Positions 14,184 through 28,501 are shown, counted from the stretch's first letter. The stretch: DNA of 64,000 nucleotides from Tubiluchus corallicola (GCA_030141605.1 JAQGDQ010000017.1:1116001-1180000); one strand, 5' to 3'. Translations and numbers: made by a program. Notes: generated from the letters alone by a model not told the origin.

Positions 14184-15603
14184 TACCAATACCTATAATG
14201 TTTAAAATATGTTTAATATATGGCTTGTGTTTAACAACAAATATTACCTGTTTATATTTTAGTAAAGCCGCTACCAGATTTGCCACTTCCAGCTGAAATG
14301 CTGCATAGGGCAAATAATTGAGGAACTGACCAATTTTCTGCAATTAATCTTGCCGCGAATGCAAATTGGCCTGCAGTACGTTGCGAGCCCGATACCCCCG
14401 AGGCTCAGCAGCAGCTATTACAGGTAATTATAAAGCTATTTCCTTAAAACGTAAATTATATTGGACACGGTTAACGTGTGTGAAGGGATTTAATGCAGAG
14501 AAACACGAAATGCAAACACTCAAGGGTCAATAAAGTTGTGCAAATCAACTACAACAAGAGAAATGTTTAATGACTCGGTATAACAAATAAATAGTTTAGA
14601 ATAGTTTAGTATTACGTACACATAAGAACTAAATAATAGTAAAGCACTAGAAAATTGCTAGACCACAATTCGAACAACTTGAGCTTTTCTCTCGTAAGCT
14701 GACTTCAGAAATAACTACCTGTTGATTACACAGGTAGAATATATCACACATGCTGATCAAAGATCAATCCTTTTTTAAGTTAAAATTGCCCACTTTTACG
14801 TTTCTTATTAATTGACTGGAAGTACACCAGAAATTTCAAGTAACTGCAATTACTGATTACTTCTGCTTCAAAAATCTATTGATTACTTGTGTGAATATTA
14901 ATATTTGGCAAAACCGAAAGCAAACGCATCGTATCACTCAGCATGCTCGCTGTGTTTATACCGCACACTCAACTTCAAAATTTGCAATTCCATCTTACCT
15001 AACATCTCTATGCATTTTCAAACATCTTGTTTTAGAAATGACCGTTTTCAACAGCTTTAAAAGGCTCTATCTTTCTGTATTAAAAGGCAATCGTTTAATC
15101 AGTTACTGGGCAAAGTAATCAATATTCGAGTTTTTAGCAAGTCGATTATGCTCACCACTACACACTTTGTCACTTAAACTAACAAGTGTCTAGTAAAATC
15201 CAACAACTACCGCTAATATGTATAGCATTTTCAAACTTTAGATAACCATGGCGCTTCAACACACCCTCATAATCTTAAGAAGTTCTGCTTTTATTTAACG
15301 GTATAAAGTTCAATAGCGAAAAGCTGCTCACTTGAACATGAGGTTACACTTTTATAGCTTAACACACAATAACACGCAGTACCGGTGCAATAAGTAGTAG
15401 CTACATGTTTACTGGGAAGAAAAACTATGAGCCAAAATGCTTATGATGGAGCATTTGATCCACATTCAGATATTATCGTACAATCTTTTATAAAATTGAT
15501 AGAAAAATTATTGGCAAATGCATGGAAGGATTATTATAAAAATACTCTCTATATTCCGAAGTTAGCCTTCAATTATCACACAAACTGATAGCCCACACAA
15601 AAA

Positions 15604-16229
15604 TTAAAGGAAGACAGGATGATTTTTCACATATTATCCCATTTTCAAGACCGATAAAAGTATACATTTTAACACCAATAATACTGCAAAAGTGCTCATG
15701 ATAATTAAATAATAGACTAAAATCTTAATTAACGGCGGGCGACCCAACTATTGATGACATCACAAACTAATATAATTTTCAGCAGCAAAATAACTCCATG
15801 AGCGTGTTGCATGTGTTTGCAAAACCGAAAATTGAAGTACAGTGCTACTGTAAGATATTCAGTGTGTTATACTAAAACTAGGCAGGTTTTAAGGTAAAAA
15901 TTCAAATTTCAAATTTACCGCTGTGGTCACGCATGAGCTGTCGAATGTGTGTAGTTCGTCAGAAGCTAACACTTCTGAACTGAGAGGTACAGCACCTGTT
16001 TTTTTGTACGATGCGTTTCTGAAATGCAGGTGCTAGTGTCCTTCTAACTAGCGAACAGCGAAATGCATGTGACAGTGAAGAACTAGTGGCACGAACGTGA
16101 AACTTTGTTTGTGTGGTAATAATTGTTTCGCGTTAATCATATTTGAAAAAATGGTATATTTCTTTTCAATATCTTAAAGAATAGGTTCTTTTGATCTACA
16201 GTTTAAGACTGGGCCTGGTTTTGCTTTAA
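15604..16229 (+). mobile_element. Kolobok/T2-like MITE family A, full-length copy
   Basis: TTAA-AGGAAGAC ... GTTTTGCT-TTAA termini (TTAA TSD with AGG/AGC ends, as in Kolobok and Xenopus T2 MITEs). Collinear with the copies at 25955, 36422 and 44885. Confidence 0.88.
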
Positions 16230-17029
16230 GAATCCTGGCTAAGAAAAGTAACAACATATAATTATGTGAAGTGTCATAAAAACGTTTTTACAATGTCAAT
16301 TACTTTCTTAAGGTAAAGTTAATTATCCCATAAACTACATACCATCAAAAGGAATGCAGAATAGACAATGGGAAAATCCAATAACCTTCAATCTTTCGAT
16401 TCAATAACATTTTAAAAAGCTATTCTATACAATCGCAAGTGGAAAAAAAAGTGTTTTTGCTCTGCTATTTACTATAGATGAGCAAAAGTTTGCACAGACC
16501 AACTGTCCGACATCGACAACAACATACTAGTTTACAGAACAACGGTGACTCCTAAATGTGTTGCCCGTTAGTTATGAAAACTGGGTTATTGCAGGCCTGT
16601 GCCCTGGCACAATTCCAGCAACATTAATCTATCACTATTACATAATGAAGAGCGTCTTTCTGTGCTCCAAAAGTGTTTATGTTTTTCTTCCAGATAGAAA
16701 ACCCACGCTGTGATTCTATTAATGCACACACATTTAGTCTGATCCTTTTAGCAATAAAAAAAAGAATTATGCAATACAAGTAAAAAAATCTTGTGAGCAA
16801 ATTAGGACCTATACTCATAGTTCAAAACAGCATTTTTGGATGGTTTATGCCGTCAGCACGTCAACAAAAGGAAAACTCCGTTTAACTTGAAAGACAAGAC
16901 TACATATGATCTACAAATGCATTAACACACTAGTTTTTACATGTTAAACTACTAGATTAAGATATCGCATCAGTTCTCTTTGTTAACAGTATCAAAACAT
17001 ATGAGACTCATAAATACGATTATGCTTAC

Positions 17030-17112
17030 CATCTTGGATTGCACCATTGTAGCATAGCTACTCCTCAAATGATGATAATGGAGATGCGTGACTTTCCGCT
17101 CTTAATCCGGCC
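17030..17112 (-). other. Candidate 83-nt exon of a minus-strand gene (possible start-codon exon, MVQSKM or MLQWCNPR)
   Basis: Acceptor TTCCGTTTACCCACAG and donor G|GTAAGC. All three frames contain stops, and two ATGs lie just upstream of the donor. Confidence 0.4.
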
Positions 17113-18848
17113 CTGTGGGTAAACGGAACATAATAAGATTACGTTTCATTTTGCTTTGTTTATAAATAGAGATCTATTAGTAGCGCAAGAGACCCGGCAT
17201 TATTATGATTAAAGTCTTCTCTTTCAAGAGGCAAATCAAATAGTAACGGCACAAAAAAGTTGCTGATGGTTGACAGTTTGGCCAGACAGACTTTTATTTT
17301 TCACTGGCCCCATCCAAGGCACCCGGTACTCAATGCAACATGCTATTTTTATGGTAAGTTAGACAAGACTAGTTTTTTATTCCACAATGAGATGAAATGT
17401 TTTAAATTCAGGGACATTATTTTACTGGGTAATGAAGGCTGACGGGTGACAAAGCTCTGCTCCTTTACACATCTTGTTTTACACTGAGCTAAAGTGACCT
17501 CTACCTGCTAGCTAAGTCCAACTTGTGTTGACCACATAAGTATCTCAAAGGTTCTCAATTACAACAAAACGAAAAAACGTACTTTAGTATGTCACATCTA
17601 AATGAATCACAGGTAGTGTAAAAAAGGCAGTGCCACTTCAGTGAGTAAACATACACTACAGTCCTGCTACTAATTCTTTCTCAACTTAACAGGGTAAAAT
17701 ATGTATAACAATTTTCAGCATTTTTCTCCATAAAGTGACATTTTATCAATTTTAACAGCATGGTCGGCCACAAATTTTATCTGCAGTTATCAGCAAAACT
17801 GCCATCCATTCCCCCTTGTCAACACCATCTCTAATATGTTGGACCTGTGATAGTTGTCTCTTTCCCTATTTAAAAAGTGCCTCTAACATTGCCATTTTGA
17901 AGGAATTTCACACTACAAAAACAAAACTCCTAGAACCCTGTTCTCAACAAGACGATAACGAGAAAGGATTTTGGCAACAAACCTAAACTTTATCTCTCGC
18001 TGCAATTGGATGAACTGAATAATACATAGTTAGAAAATTGTAGACGGTTTGTGCTTTTGTAAAAGCTGGTGCCGTCAGTTTATTACAATCACGCAAGGCA
18101 TTGCAACGAGATTCAAAATACCTTAGATGTTAACATATCACTTTGGCAAAAACCTTTTTTGTGACTGTTTTGTGTTAAGGCATGTGATTATGACTTTACA
18201 GTTTACACTTCAAAGTGGTGAGAATTCCGTTTATTGAATAGACCATTCTTGAAATAAAATCGAAATGATATCATTTGCTCTTCCAGCATACGAATCCAGC
18301 TTCTGCCAAAACCGACTGTACCACAGAGGCAATGGTCCTCAGCAGTTCTATAACTTGGACATCCGACCAGTGTGGGACTTATTCCCAGCGCAGAGCAACT
18401 CAAAAAGTCATTCCAAACATTCTAAACATTGCAATAAAGAAGAACTTATTCTAACACAGTTAAACCGCTTATTTCAAAGGTGAACTGTTTCTGAAGACCG
18501 GCAAAAACTATGTTCATCGTAAAGCATCAGCACAATAACTTAAACAAACGTTTCATTATAACCTCGGCAATCTGCAATAGGAAAGGAATATTTTACCTGA
18601 CAACATGTTAAAACTGACAGCACACCTCAATGTAATTACGAAGCAACAGCGCCATCCATCTACGATTTCACGGCAATATTCTCGCGCGTATGCAAAGCTG
18701 ATGTGATGTTATTGAAATTTCATGTTTCCCATTATACGAAATTCGGTTGAGCTAGTATGCCGCGCGAAGCCTGCGAGTTTATCAACGGAATAAATTTATA
18801 CAAAACGGGATTCTGTGACTGCTAGGGATGATGGAAACTGCTTTTTAT

Positions 18849-18949
18849 AACAATAACAGACATAGCAGGGAATCTGCAGGTAAACAATAACAGACATAGC
18901 AGGGAGTCTGCAGGTAAACAATAACAGACATAGCAGGTAATCTGCAGGT
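18849..18949. repeat. 34-bp tandem repeat x3
   Basis: Unit AACAATAACAGACATAGCAGGGAATCTGCAGGTA starts at 18849, 18883 and 18917. Confidence 0.95.
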
Positions 18950-19899
18950 GTAACTTAAAAAAGAAGAAAAATAAGAACCATGGGTAACGCCAGAGGATAA
19001 AAAATTGGACGCACAAACAGCTAGGGGGCCACGCCACCAAAGCATTTTTCTGTATTTAAGCACATTTTGGAGGCCTGAAAAATTCTACTTTAATAAATAC
19101 ATTTTACCTACATTTACCGAGATAATTGTAGTAGTCGTGTATCTTAAAAGCACGTTCGTAATGCACTGCAATGTGGATGACCCATTCATAACTTAACCTT
19201 AATTTATATAGTGCCAAGATTATCTATCCAACAAAATGTGGACAGTCAAACATCAAACTGATTTGATTCCACCCACTGTTCATACAAAATTTAATATGTT
19301 TGCACGCGTGTTAATTTTTCCCACTGGACACAGTTAAATTATATTTTGCTGCTTTGTAGACCATTCTGCGGTTGCTAGAAGCTATTTTCTCAGGCAAGCT
19401 CGTGACTCATAACTTCACTACTACTGTGAAAGGGGGGGGGGAGCTCGGGTCCCTTGTGTCCACCCCCTAAATGCAGAAGGGCAATTACAATTAGCTAAAA
19501 ACTGTCTAGACAATGGAAATTAATAAGAGAATAGTCACTATATAAGTGACATACATAAACACAACTTCACTATGCAAATCAGCTTACTGCTCTGGGATTG
19601 CGCAAACAAACAAGGGGTTGGTGTGTTTCTTGGTTTACTGCTAAAAAACTTCATTTAGCCATAAAAAAATTTTCTTAAGAAATTCTATGGACGCACGTGC
19701 ATCAATGCATCCGTCTGCTGGCACCCATGATAAGAAGCATAGTCCTATGCCTCTGATGGAGCACTGAGATAAATGGTTATGGCATCTACTGACAAAGCTT
19801 CAGGACACACGGACGACAAGCAACCAGCCCATTACTTGACTACCTTTTTCCCCCACTACAAGGCCGGGCACTTAACTAAGGCTGTATAATGCTAGAACG

Positions 19900-20590
19900 T
19901 CCGATTTGAGTTGTAAACGGCTCTAGAACCCTGACATTCAATCCGAACTTATAACCTTTGGATTGACAGATCAACACTTTCTCGTAGGACGAACGTATTC
20001 CAACATGAAAGAAAACTTGATAAAAGTGGTTCATACACCACATTTCAATGTCAACCTTCAACAATATCAGCCTCGTCTTGAGAAAGAAAAGCATTACAAA
20101 TATATTATTACGGAAATTTGAACGGCACAAACATTTAGGTAATGGCTTAAGCACACTAACCAGTAACAATATCTGTGACTTTGTTTGGCATTACAATGAC
20201 CTATGCCCATTGGTTAGTTTAACAACTGATGAGCAGTGTGCATGACAATCTCAAACAAAATTACTTAAAATGCACAATCAAAGGCTATTTCAATGCAGCT
20301 GTGCATGCAAAGCAGGCACAAGTGATGGAAATAACGAAGTTTTAAAATCTGCACACCCATGGTCCAAAAACCCACCAAACAAATCGACAGTGTCCTGATA
20401 GCCTTCATCAAGCCCTGAAGTTCCTGTGAGAAACCTTCGCAAGCAAGAAATGAGCAAGCACTTTTATTTACAAAGACACACCCTGTCCACAAAATTCCAA
20501 TACTTTGCTGACAGTCTTCTGAATGCGACCTTAAAAACACGTGATTTAGCTTACGACGACTGACAACTAATCCAAGCATAATTCCAATGG
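19900..20590 (-). mobile_element. Possible very old LINE RT remnant
   Basis: Weak resemblance only (GLDEG...FLDH ~ LDxG...FDTxDH). Heavily disrupted. Confidence 0.22.
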
Positions 20591-20674
20591 GCTAAATTTC
20601 ATATTTGTAAATAAAAATGTTCCTGTCACGAGCAAATATACTCAAAATGCAACATACATCTTATTCTGCTTAGA

Positions 20675-20803
20675 AAGAGCTTCAAAATTAAGCAATATTA
20701 ATTCTGGAAACAAATTATGCGCCTTTTCGTCTCACTCAGCACAAGAAAAGCTTCAAGGTTAAGCAACATTAACTCCAAAAACAAATTTTGTGCCCTTTCG
20801 TGC
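20675..20803. repeat. Diverged ~71-bp tandem duplication
   Basis: AGCTTCAAAATTAAGCAATATTAATTCTGGAAACAAATT vs AGCTTCAAGGTTAAGCAACATTAACTCCAAAAACAAATT. Confidence 0.8.
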
Positions 20804-21879
20804 TATGTGATTATAACCTCTAACTATAGTCTTGTGCACTCTACATGCAAAAACTGCTAAACCCTATTAGAAGACAGTATGGCCTCCATGACAGGGACAA
20901 TGCAAGAAGAATCTGTCAACCAGGGACCATAATACCAACATAATCATCAACTATCCATATTCTAAAAGTGTCGAGGCATCGCACAATGTCCCGCATGCAT
21001 TCTTCTAAGCTGTCCATTTATGCAACGTATTTTTCATTCTAGGCACCGTCAATCAATTATTCAACTGCTATCGAGAAGCAGCAGACGCATTGGCAATGTT
21101 ATAAAAGATGCTTGCAAAGAGCTCTAGAACACTAGAGACTAAAGTACTACTACTCCTTCAATGGGACACTCATCTAAATCGCGCAAACTAGACAGGAAGC
21201 TTCAGAGATGATCATATTAATGGGAAAAAAAGTGAATATCTTTCTTAACAAGGCAACTACTAGATACAACATTTTGCTAATACACCAGATAGACACTGTA
21301 ATGTGAATAGTGAACAGTGTAATGTGATGCTGTAATGTACAACATTAATAATAACTTAATAATGTGCTCCTCATACTGTAAAGATTAAAAAGTTTTAAAA
21401 ACTGCTAAGCACTTTGTTTTTATACTAATCTTATTAAACCACTCAGAAATATACTGTAAAAACTGTAAATACATTGAAAGGCAAACATATGTTTACTAAC
21501 ATACTTTTACAAAAACTGAAATTTTGGGTTTGTATTCAACTCTCTATATGCATGACAGCGCTCTGCGAAATCATAAACCGCAAAGCTAGGAGCAACTAAG
21601 CTGGATCCTTACGCATTTCTTACTCAGCTATCACAACGAAAATATTTGACTATTCCATAATTTCCAAATCGCTTGCTTTTAAATATTGACAAAGATCACA
21701 TTATAGTCTAGTTTCCCATACTAAAGGACTATCATTACACTTCGGGCTATTAGCAAAGTTTATTCAATGAAATAAATGGGTGAAAAGCTCATTTGACTCA
21801 CAAAAACACAACATGAACTTAAAGAAAAACATACGAGGACACATATGTGCACATATACTAGTAAGTAGCTTTTAATATT

Positions 21880-22036
21880 TGTTGTTATTGTTGTTGTTGT
21901 TGTTGTTGTTGTTGCATGTAATTAGTAGAGTTAGTATTTTGTGCGTTTGTGTATGTGTAGTAATTAATCTTTTTTTGGTGAATTATATGCTGATTTTTGA
22001 TGCTGAAATAAAAGGTGAATTGAATTGAATTGAATT
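21880..22036 (+). repeat. (TTG)n tract plus LINE-like tail, AATAAA + (TGAAT)n
   Basis: TTG repeat at 21880-21915; AAATAAAAGG followed by TGAAT x4. Confidence 0.6.
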
Positions 22037-24778
22037 AACAGTTACAAGCTCAACATTAGGTACTTTTACATATGTAGTTGTCACGCGGCTAAAATTCACA
22101 CTAAACTGTAAACATAACCATGTTAATTACAGAACCACCCACTTGGTTCTCTGGAACACGTCTTTCTCATGCAGCACACGTACTGCGGCTATTCTCAAAA
22201 AGAACGTGAGCGGAACTCAAATAAATTCAGTGAAACTGAGATTCAAAAAATGAAAAGAACAACTGTTGACGATGTTGTAACATGGGTTTAAAATAACTGT
22301 TCCACTTGCAGAACTGCTGCAAATGCTGTTAAAGATGATAAAACTATTTACAAAGAATAAGAGAATCACATGGTTAGTAAAAATATTTTTTGATTTGAAG
22401 AAAAACGTTAGCTTCAAAATGATGCAGCAGAAAAAGCAGAGAATAGGAATAATTGTAAACTGCAAAATAACTCATCTAGGTTTATATGGTTTTGCAAAAT
22501 CCTGTGAGACAATAAACTACACAGAGTAGACATGAATAACGATGTTAACTTCTAACAAAGAATTATGCAACAAACATCATATGCGAAGAGTGATTACAAC
22601 AATGATTTACTAATTTTGTGCTTAATAATAACAAAAATACCTGTTCTTTTACCTTCGCAAGAACACCATGGTTCTTCAGTAACGTGCACACGCACTGGTA
22701 TTAAAATTCACCTGGCTTTTGCTTCGTGAATACAGAAGATATGTTTGCAATGTCTCCATTGTCTACCTCACAATGCACAGTAAACCTGTTGCATAAGCCA
22801 TCAACTGAACCAAGTTCAATGAGAGGCTGCCTAGTGCCTAGTATTGAAATTACATATTTCTTCTAACCTACACGTAATCTTTCTATAACTCCACACCCTG
22901 CCCAAGGCAATTGGGTCAATGATCTAGTCACATACCTTGTCTAACAGGCATTTATAGTAACAGCACCGGCCCGAAGCGCTGCTGAAGGTAGAACATGCTC
23001 TTTAATTGTTTGTTAAATGTTACAGTCCAGTAAACGCCATGTTTCGGCGAGCACAGCTATAAAGAGAGAATTAGTTAAGATATTACATTATCACTGTCAC
23101 ATAAAACACAATCTCGGAAAAGAGCCGGGGACGTATTTCGATCAATTATAAAAGGCCCACAGGAGTTTAACGGCATTTTGTATTGCAAGTTTCTACACTA
23201 GATTAGTAAGTCGAAATTTTCTTTGTCAGTCCCATGGGAGAGAAAGTGTGGCCCGAAGAAATGGCAATCTTAATTGCATCAAAGTAATAGAATGGCCTCT
23301 TAGTTAACCAAAATGAAATGTGAAATGAGAATGTCCTACTCAAAATATAGCAACATTATATAGGGAAAATAAAATAAGCTTGTGAAGACAAAACGTTTTG
23401 TTTATTAACTTAATTGCCTTTTATTACTAACATTTCATACATAATCTAATTTTTCAAATCTTTACGCTTAATCAATTGGTTTTCTTAATTCTCTTACAGT
23501 AATTTAAAATATCAAAATTTCTCAAATCCATCTAATATGTATTTTTGCTATACAAATGTTGATAAATCTATTTTTCAACATCTAAATATTTTGATTCTGT
23601 TACAATTTGAGATTACCTTCATGAGTTTTTTATTTTGTTCTTGTTTTTTCCTTTTTTTAATTTCTCAATCATCACTAGTTTGCATCGTAAGATCTTTGAA
23701 TAGCAATACACTTCTGGCAGAAAACCACATGTCAACATGTCGTTCAGTCAACTATCATAACATTATTGTGGTTTTATAGTCCCACAAATTCTCACTACAA
23801 ATTGTATTAAAAATTTAAAATTTCTTTATGCAGTTCAGCACTCTGCAACAAGCAACAATCCAACACTTAACAACAGTACCCGCTTAATGAAGATTATTGT
23901 GGCAGAACAGAAGTTAGTTCAAGGATAATTTTCTGAACAAATTCAAAGACAATGTACTGAACAGGTATCAGCCATGTGCTAAACAAAATAGCAAACAAGG
24001 GCAATATGATAGATGAACTGCCCAGTGTGTTTTTCCAGCAAGCTAGCAGCCAATTATCCTTTTACTAACTAGGATCAGTGTTGCTTAATATGAAAACAAA
24101 CTAAACTGATTGGAATTTCTTACAAGTTCACAACATAGCAACCTAAAGCAGGCAAAAAATGCAAACACGGTCCTTGTTTTAATAAAAAAATGCATTAAAA
24201 TGACAATTAGCTGATGAAACAAAAATGCTTAATAGATTATGCTATCAATTCTAGTAGTAACCAAGAGAAGAAATCAGCAATGGTTAACAACTAGAATGCA
24301 CTAACGCTCAACTGCATGTGATCAAAAGAGAGGAAATCGGTTGACAATCCATGCTGAAACAGCCGTATCATTACGAGGAAATCATATAAGAACCGCCTGC
24401 GGTCATTATAGCATCCGTTACATTTTCTGCCATTGCAGTTATTAAAAATGTCACATTACATTCCTCCACTAGTATGAGTGATTGGTCATACTGAGTCAAG
24501 ATGCCCTGGGTATGAGCACTGGCCCACTCGTATTACAACTGCGCGGTTTTACACATTTTGAGCAGATAAAATACAAACAACAATAAAGAACCGAAAATGT
24601 CTGATTAAAAACGCATTGACTGCCGATGGTGTTTAACAAGGAAGTGTAATGGGGCCTAACTTAATCAAGTTTTATATTATGACAACTTCGTAGCTTCATG
24701 TTAACTTTTAAAAGCTTTATAAATGGTACATAAATTTTTATGTTGATAATACTATGTCTGTATCTCTGTACTTAGTTC

Positions 24779-24887
24779 GTTTTTATGACTATTGTAGAAA
24801 GGATTACTATAACAACACATAGTCGTACGAATATCTGTTTTTATGACTATTGTAGAAATGATTACTATAACAACACATAGTCGTACG
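24779..24887. repeat. 58-bp-period tandem duplication
   Basis: GTTTTTATGACTATTGTAGAAA(G/T)GATTACTATAACAACACATAGTCGTACG occurs twice, at 24779 and 24837. Confidence 0.95.
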
Positions 24888-25219
24888 TGACAATGAACTA
24901 TTACTACTACTACTATCAAATTAAAGACATCAAAGTGAAGTAAACTGAAGACATAATGCATCAAACTGCAAAAAAGAGATAAATATTTTTATAACTTCAT
25001 AGAGGCAATAAACCTTGAGCACTGCACTGACAAATGACCATCATTCATACTGGCTGAGTAATATCACCTCTACATATTTATATCTGCCCTGCACAGGTTG
25101 TTAACAACAGATTCCTAGGTTAAATCTAAGTTTTGGCTCAAATGTTTCACATTTTGTTTCTTTTGTCAAGTTTGGCTTCAAAAATCTAACATTTGTGTAG
25201 GTTCACTACATCACAGATA

Positions 25220-25426
25220 CAGGGTGTTCCAGAAGAAACAATGCAGTAGAAATATGTTCATATATTTTATATCGGAATGTAAAAAAACAATTTACATGGT
25301 AGGGAAATAATTGGAATTATGTAAATACAATTGTATTTTTACGTCACCGTGATGTAATAAAGCAGAAGACTATGGGAACCTTTCTTTGAGATTTGATTAG
25401 CATATTGTTTCTTCTGGGACAGCCTG
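25220..25426. mobile_element. Tc1/mariner MITE, 207 bp
   Basis: TA-CAGGGTGTTCCAGAAGAAACAAT ... ATTGTTTCTTCTGGGACAGCCTG-TA, i.e. 23-bp TIRs with a TA TSD. Confidence 0.88.
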
Positions 25427-25954
25427 TACAAATGAAATAATCCTCATTGAACTTTAGCATTTTATACGAAACCCTGTTTATGGCACTATCTCGTGAAGCC
25501 ATATCAGAAATCTCCTTTCCATTAGAAGCCCTAGTCGCCAGACAATCTTACACAATCATGCATGCACGACAAAAGTGATTTTCTGATTTTATGCCGTATT
25601 GATTTGTTGCTCTACGCCTGCAGTGCAGTGAAGTGATGAATCAACAATAAAAGTAAAATTTGATAGAATTGTTATTATTCACTAAGCAACACCTATTCTG
25701 CACAGTTCAAATGAATAGTTACTTTGTGGCCAGTGAGAATTAGCAGCTATTGAAAGTCATAAGTGATCAATGTTGCCTAGACCTAGTGAGAGGAATAACT
25801 GTTTGTGAATCTGAGTTTCTATCAGGTCAACAAAACACGTCGGAATGACGTTTATCTTTCATTTCGTCATGTTTATGCACTCAGAATTGTACAAATGGCT
25901 GCCACGAAACACTGATTAAATATTTTGACACCTTCTCCTGAGAACCTCATCAAA

Positions 25955-26505
25955 TTAACTGAAACTGGACCCAATCTTAAACTGCAGGTCAAAACAATCT
26001 ACTCAAAAATATTGAACGTGAACATACTATTTTTTAAAGTAATTTTGTGTTCCCACTGCTAATTCTTCATTGCCATTTCGTCATTTGTTAGCTAGACCGG
26101 CACTAGCGCCTGCATTTCGGAAACACATTGCATAAAAAACAGGTGCTGTACCTCTCACTTCAGAGATACACACGTTTGAGAGCACATGCTTGTCACAGCA
26201 GTAAATTGAAACTTCAATTTTTATCATAAAACTTAAAAAGAGTTTTTGTACATTATACTGAATCTTGTAGAGCTCTTCAGCAGCTTTCGCAAACACGTTC
26301 AACACGCTCATAAAATGTTTATGCTGTTGAAAATTATGTGCGTTTGTGACGTCATCACTAGCTGGGCTCGCTCGTTAATTAAGCTTATAACATATTATTT
26401 AATTATCTTAAACACTATGGTAATATTATAGGTGTTAAAATGTATACATTTCACCGTACTTCAAAATGGGGTAGGAAGTGAAAAAAACGTATTGTTTTGC
26501 TTTAA
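25955..26505 (-). mobile_element. Kolobok/T2-like MITE family A, inverted copy
   Basis: Reverse-complement collinear with 15604-16229. Ends GTTTTGCT-TTAA. Confidence 0.85.
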
Positions 26506-26739
26506 TATAAACTGAGGCACTCAAAAACATAATCCTGGAGCTATCAAAGTAGGTGACAATCTTACACGGTGTCATGTATTTTGCTAGTAACGAAAGAGAC
26601 CTAATAGCTTTTTTGTAATGTAAACAGGAACTAATAATTATGTAACAATTTTAAAAAGCAGAGTGTGCAAATGCTATAAGGCATGCCGTTAAGGCTCAGC
26701 TAATACAGCCAATTTCTTCATTGTAATAGTAAAATTTTT

Positions 26740-27087
26740 CAATTTTCAATTCTTCTTAATTTCTTTTTATTTATCTCTATCTTGTTAGTAATATTAACAT
26801 ATCTACAGTATAGTTTAATAAAGAGTTATAGAGACAGGGTAGCAAACAAACCATATGGTATTCTAGTATGAAGCCAATATTAAAAATTTAACTAAATATA
26901 CATTAATGTTAGGGGAGAAAGAGCAAAAGTGTTACTTTAAATAAAAAATGTACGCAAACTGAAGAAATAAATACACATAAACCTTAAGGACATAACAAAT
27001 CAATAGTATATACCAGAGCAGTAAGTAAAACTAAATGAATTGCACTCAAACAGTGAAAGTTGTGATCGTGTAAAAAAGACCAAACCT
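26740..27087 (-). mobile_element. Retroelement 3'-end repeat, family C, copy 2
   Basis: Collinear with 9599-9945. Confidence 0.75.
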
Positions 27088-27089
27088 CT

Positions 27090-27617
27090 TTAAAGGAAAG
27101 GAAAGTCACTGGATTTACATTACTGTTATCAATGGATTTTAAACTTAGAAAAATATAACAAAGAAATTTGCAAAAAACTGCCTATAAAGCATAAGTTTAA
27201 AATATGTTACCTCTGAATAGAAATTTTCAAGCGTGGTGAGGATGTAACTGGGAGACTTCTTTATTTTCCGTAAGCACGTCACGGCTTCCCGTAAATGCAT
27301 GCAATTTAAACTAATTCAAACTTGTGCAGTTTTTCTAATGCTGACACAGAAACATTACAAAATTAGCTATCTAATTTTTTTGTAAAAAGTTATTACACTT
27401 TTGATGAAGATCGACAGTGCCTACTTTCCTTTAAAGCGAATGACGTCAGTGGAAGAAGAATGGGCATTGAAAATGGAGGTGCCAATGCATGAAGTGATCG
27501 CGACTTTAAAGTGATATTACTAGTTAGACGAGGCAGTTTTGTTACTAGATCTTTCTATCATTATTCGCGAACATTGATATAAGCCTAACCTCTTAGAAGG
27601 CTTGTTCTTTCCTTTAA
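27090..27617 (+). mobile_element. Kolobok/T2-like MITE family B
   Basis: TTAA-AGGAAAGGAAAG ... CTTGTTCTTTCCT-TTAA. Collinear with 59011-59568. Confidence 0.88.
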
Positions 27618-28113
27618 ACTTCACCTGAATGTTAAATTAACATTTTCCTTTAACCCAAAGAAAAGCAAGTTAGTATCGTGAAAAATTCTCCGGATTATGC
27701 ATTCTCGCTCAGTCAGCAGATGTTGACTAAAGATTCATATTAACAATCTCAAGGTGACTGATAAAGACAATGATATCATTACTGGGACAAAAATACACTT
27801 CAGCGAAACAAACAGGGCTCATCTGGCATTTCAGCGCCTTATGAAAGTGCGAATTTTGCAGCTTTTTAAATTATGCATGTTTGAAAAATTAACATGGCGT
27901 ATAATGGAAAAATGTTTCCGCTTCGCGGCACACGTCCATCAACTGACAGCAAAAACTGAAGAATGAATTATCAGTCGCTTGTCACACGAGTGACAAAGTT
28001 ACACTAAGAAGACCACTTATTAAACTAACACATACAAAACTTCTGCAAGAATCGCTTACCTATTATTGCTTCAGGAACAGCTACAAAATGCTGCGAGTGT
28101 AGCACTGGTCAAT

Positions 28114-28501
28114 AAGCCTTTTCACAGCTCCACTGATTGATCATGATCGTGAAAAGGTCAAAGGTTAAGTGTACTAGACAACGCATTTGTGTACACTTGA
28201 CAACACCTAGCAGCCCATGCTAAGGCAATAGTAACAGTCTTAAGAGCTAGCTAGAACATTAACTAGTTCATTTTTTCTTGTTCCCCAGCAAAATCCTAGT
28301 AGTAAATAACTTTACACACAGACTAATGCATAACTAATTAGGTCCACGTAATACAACCGAAGTTAATAAGCTGATGCCGCAGACGGCTTTGCTTCAGCCA
28401 CATGTCACGCGACAGTTGTAGTTAAGATGCACTGCTGCGGTACACTTAACCTTTGATCTACAGCAACTGCGTGTGTGCGCAACAAAACTGTGAAAAGGCT
28501 T
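28114..28501 (+). mobile_element. AT-flanked MITE family D (ISL2EU/PHIS-like), copy 1
   Basis: Perfect TIRs AAGCCTTTTCACAG / CTGTGAAAAGGCTT flanked by AT. Internal inverted repeat TCAAAGGTTAAGTGTAC / GTACACTTAACCTTTGA. Confidence 0.85.

Noticed and set aside
18849-18949. 34-bp repeats of CRISPR-like length
   Set aside because: They are head-to-tail with no spacers, in a eukaryotic context with no cas genes.
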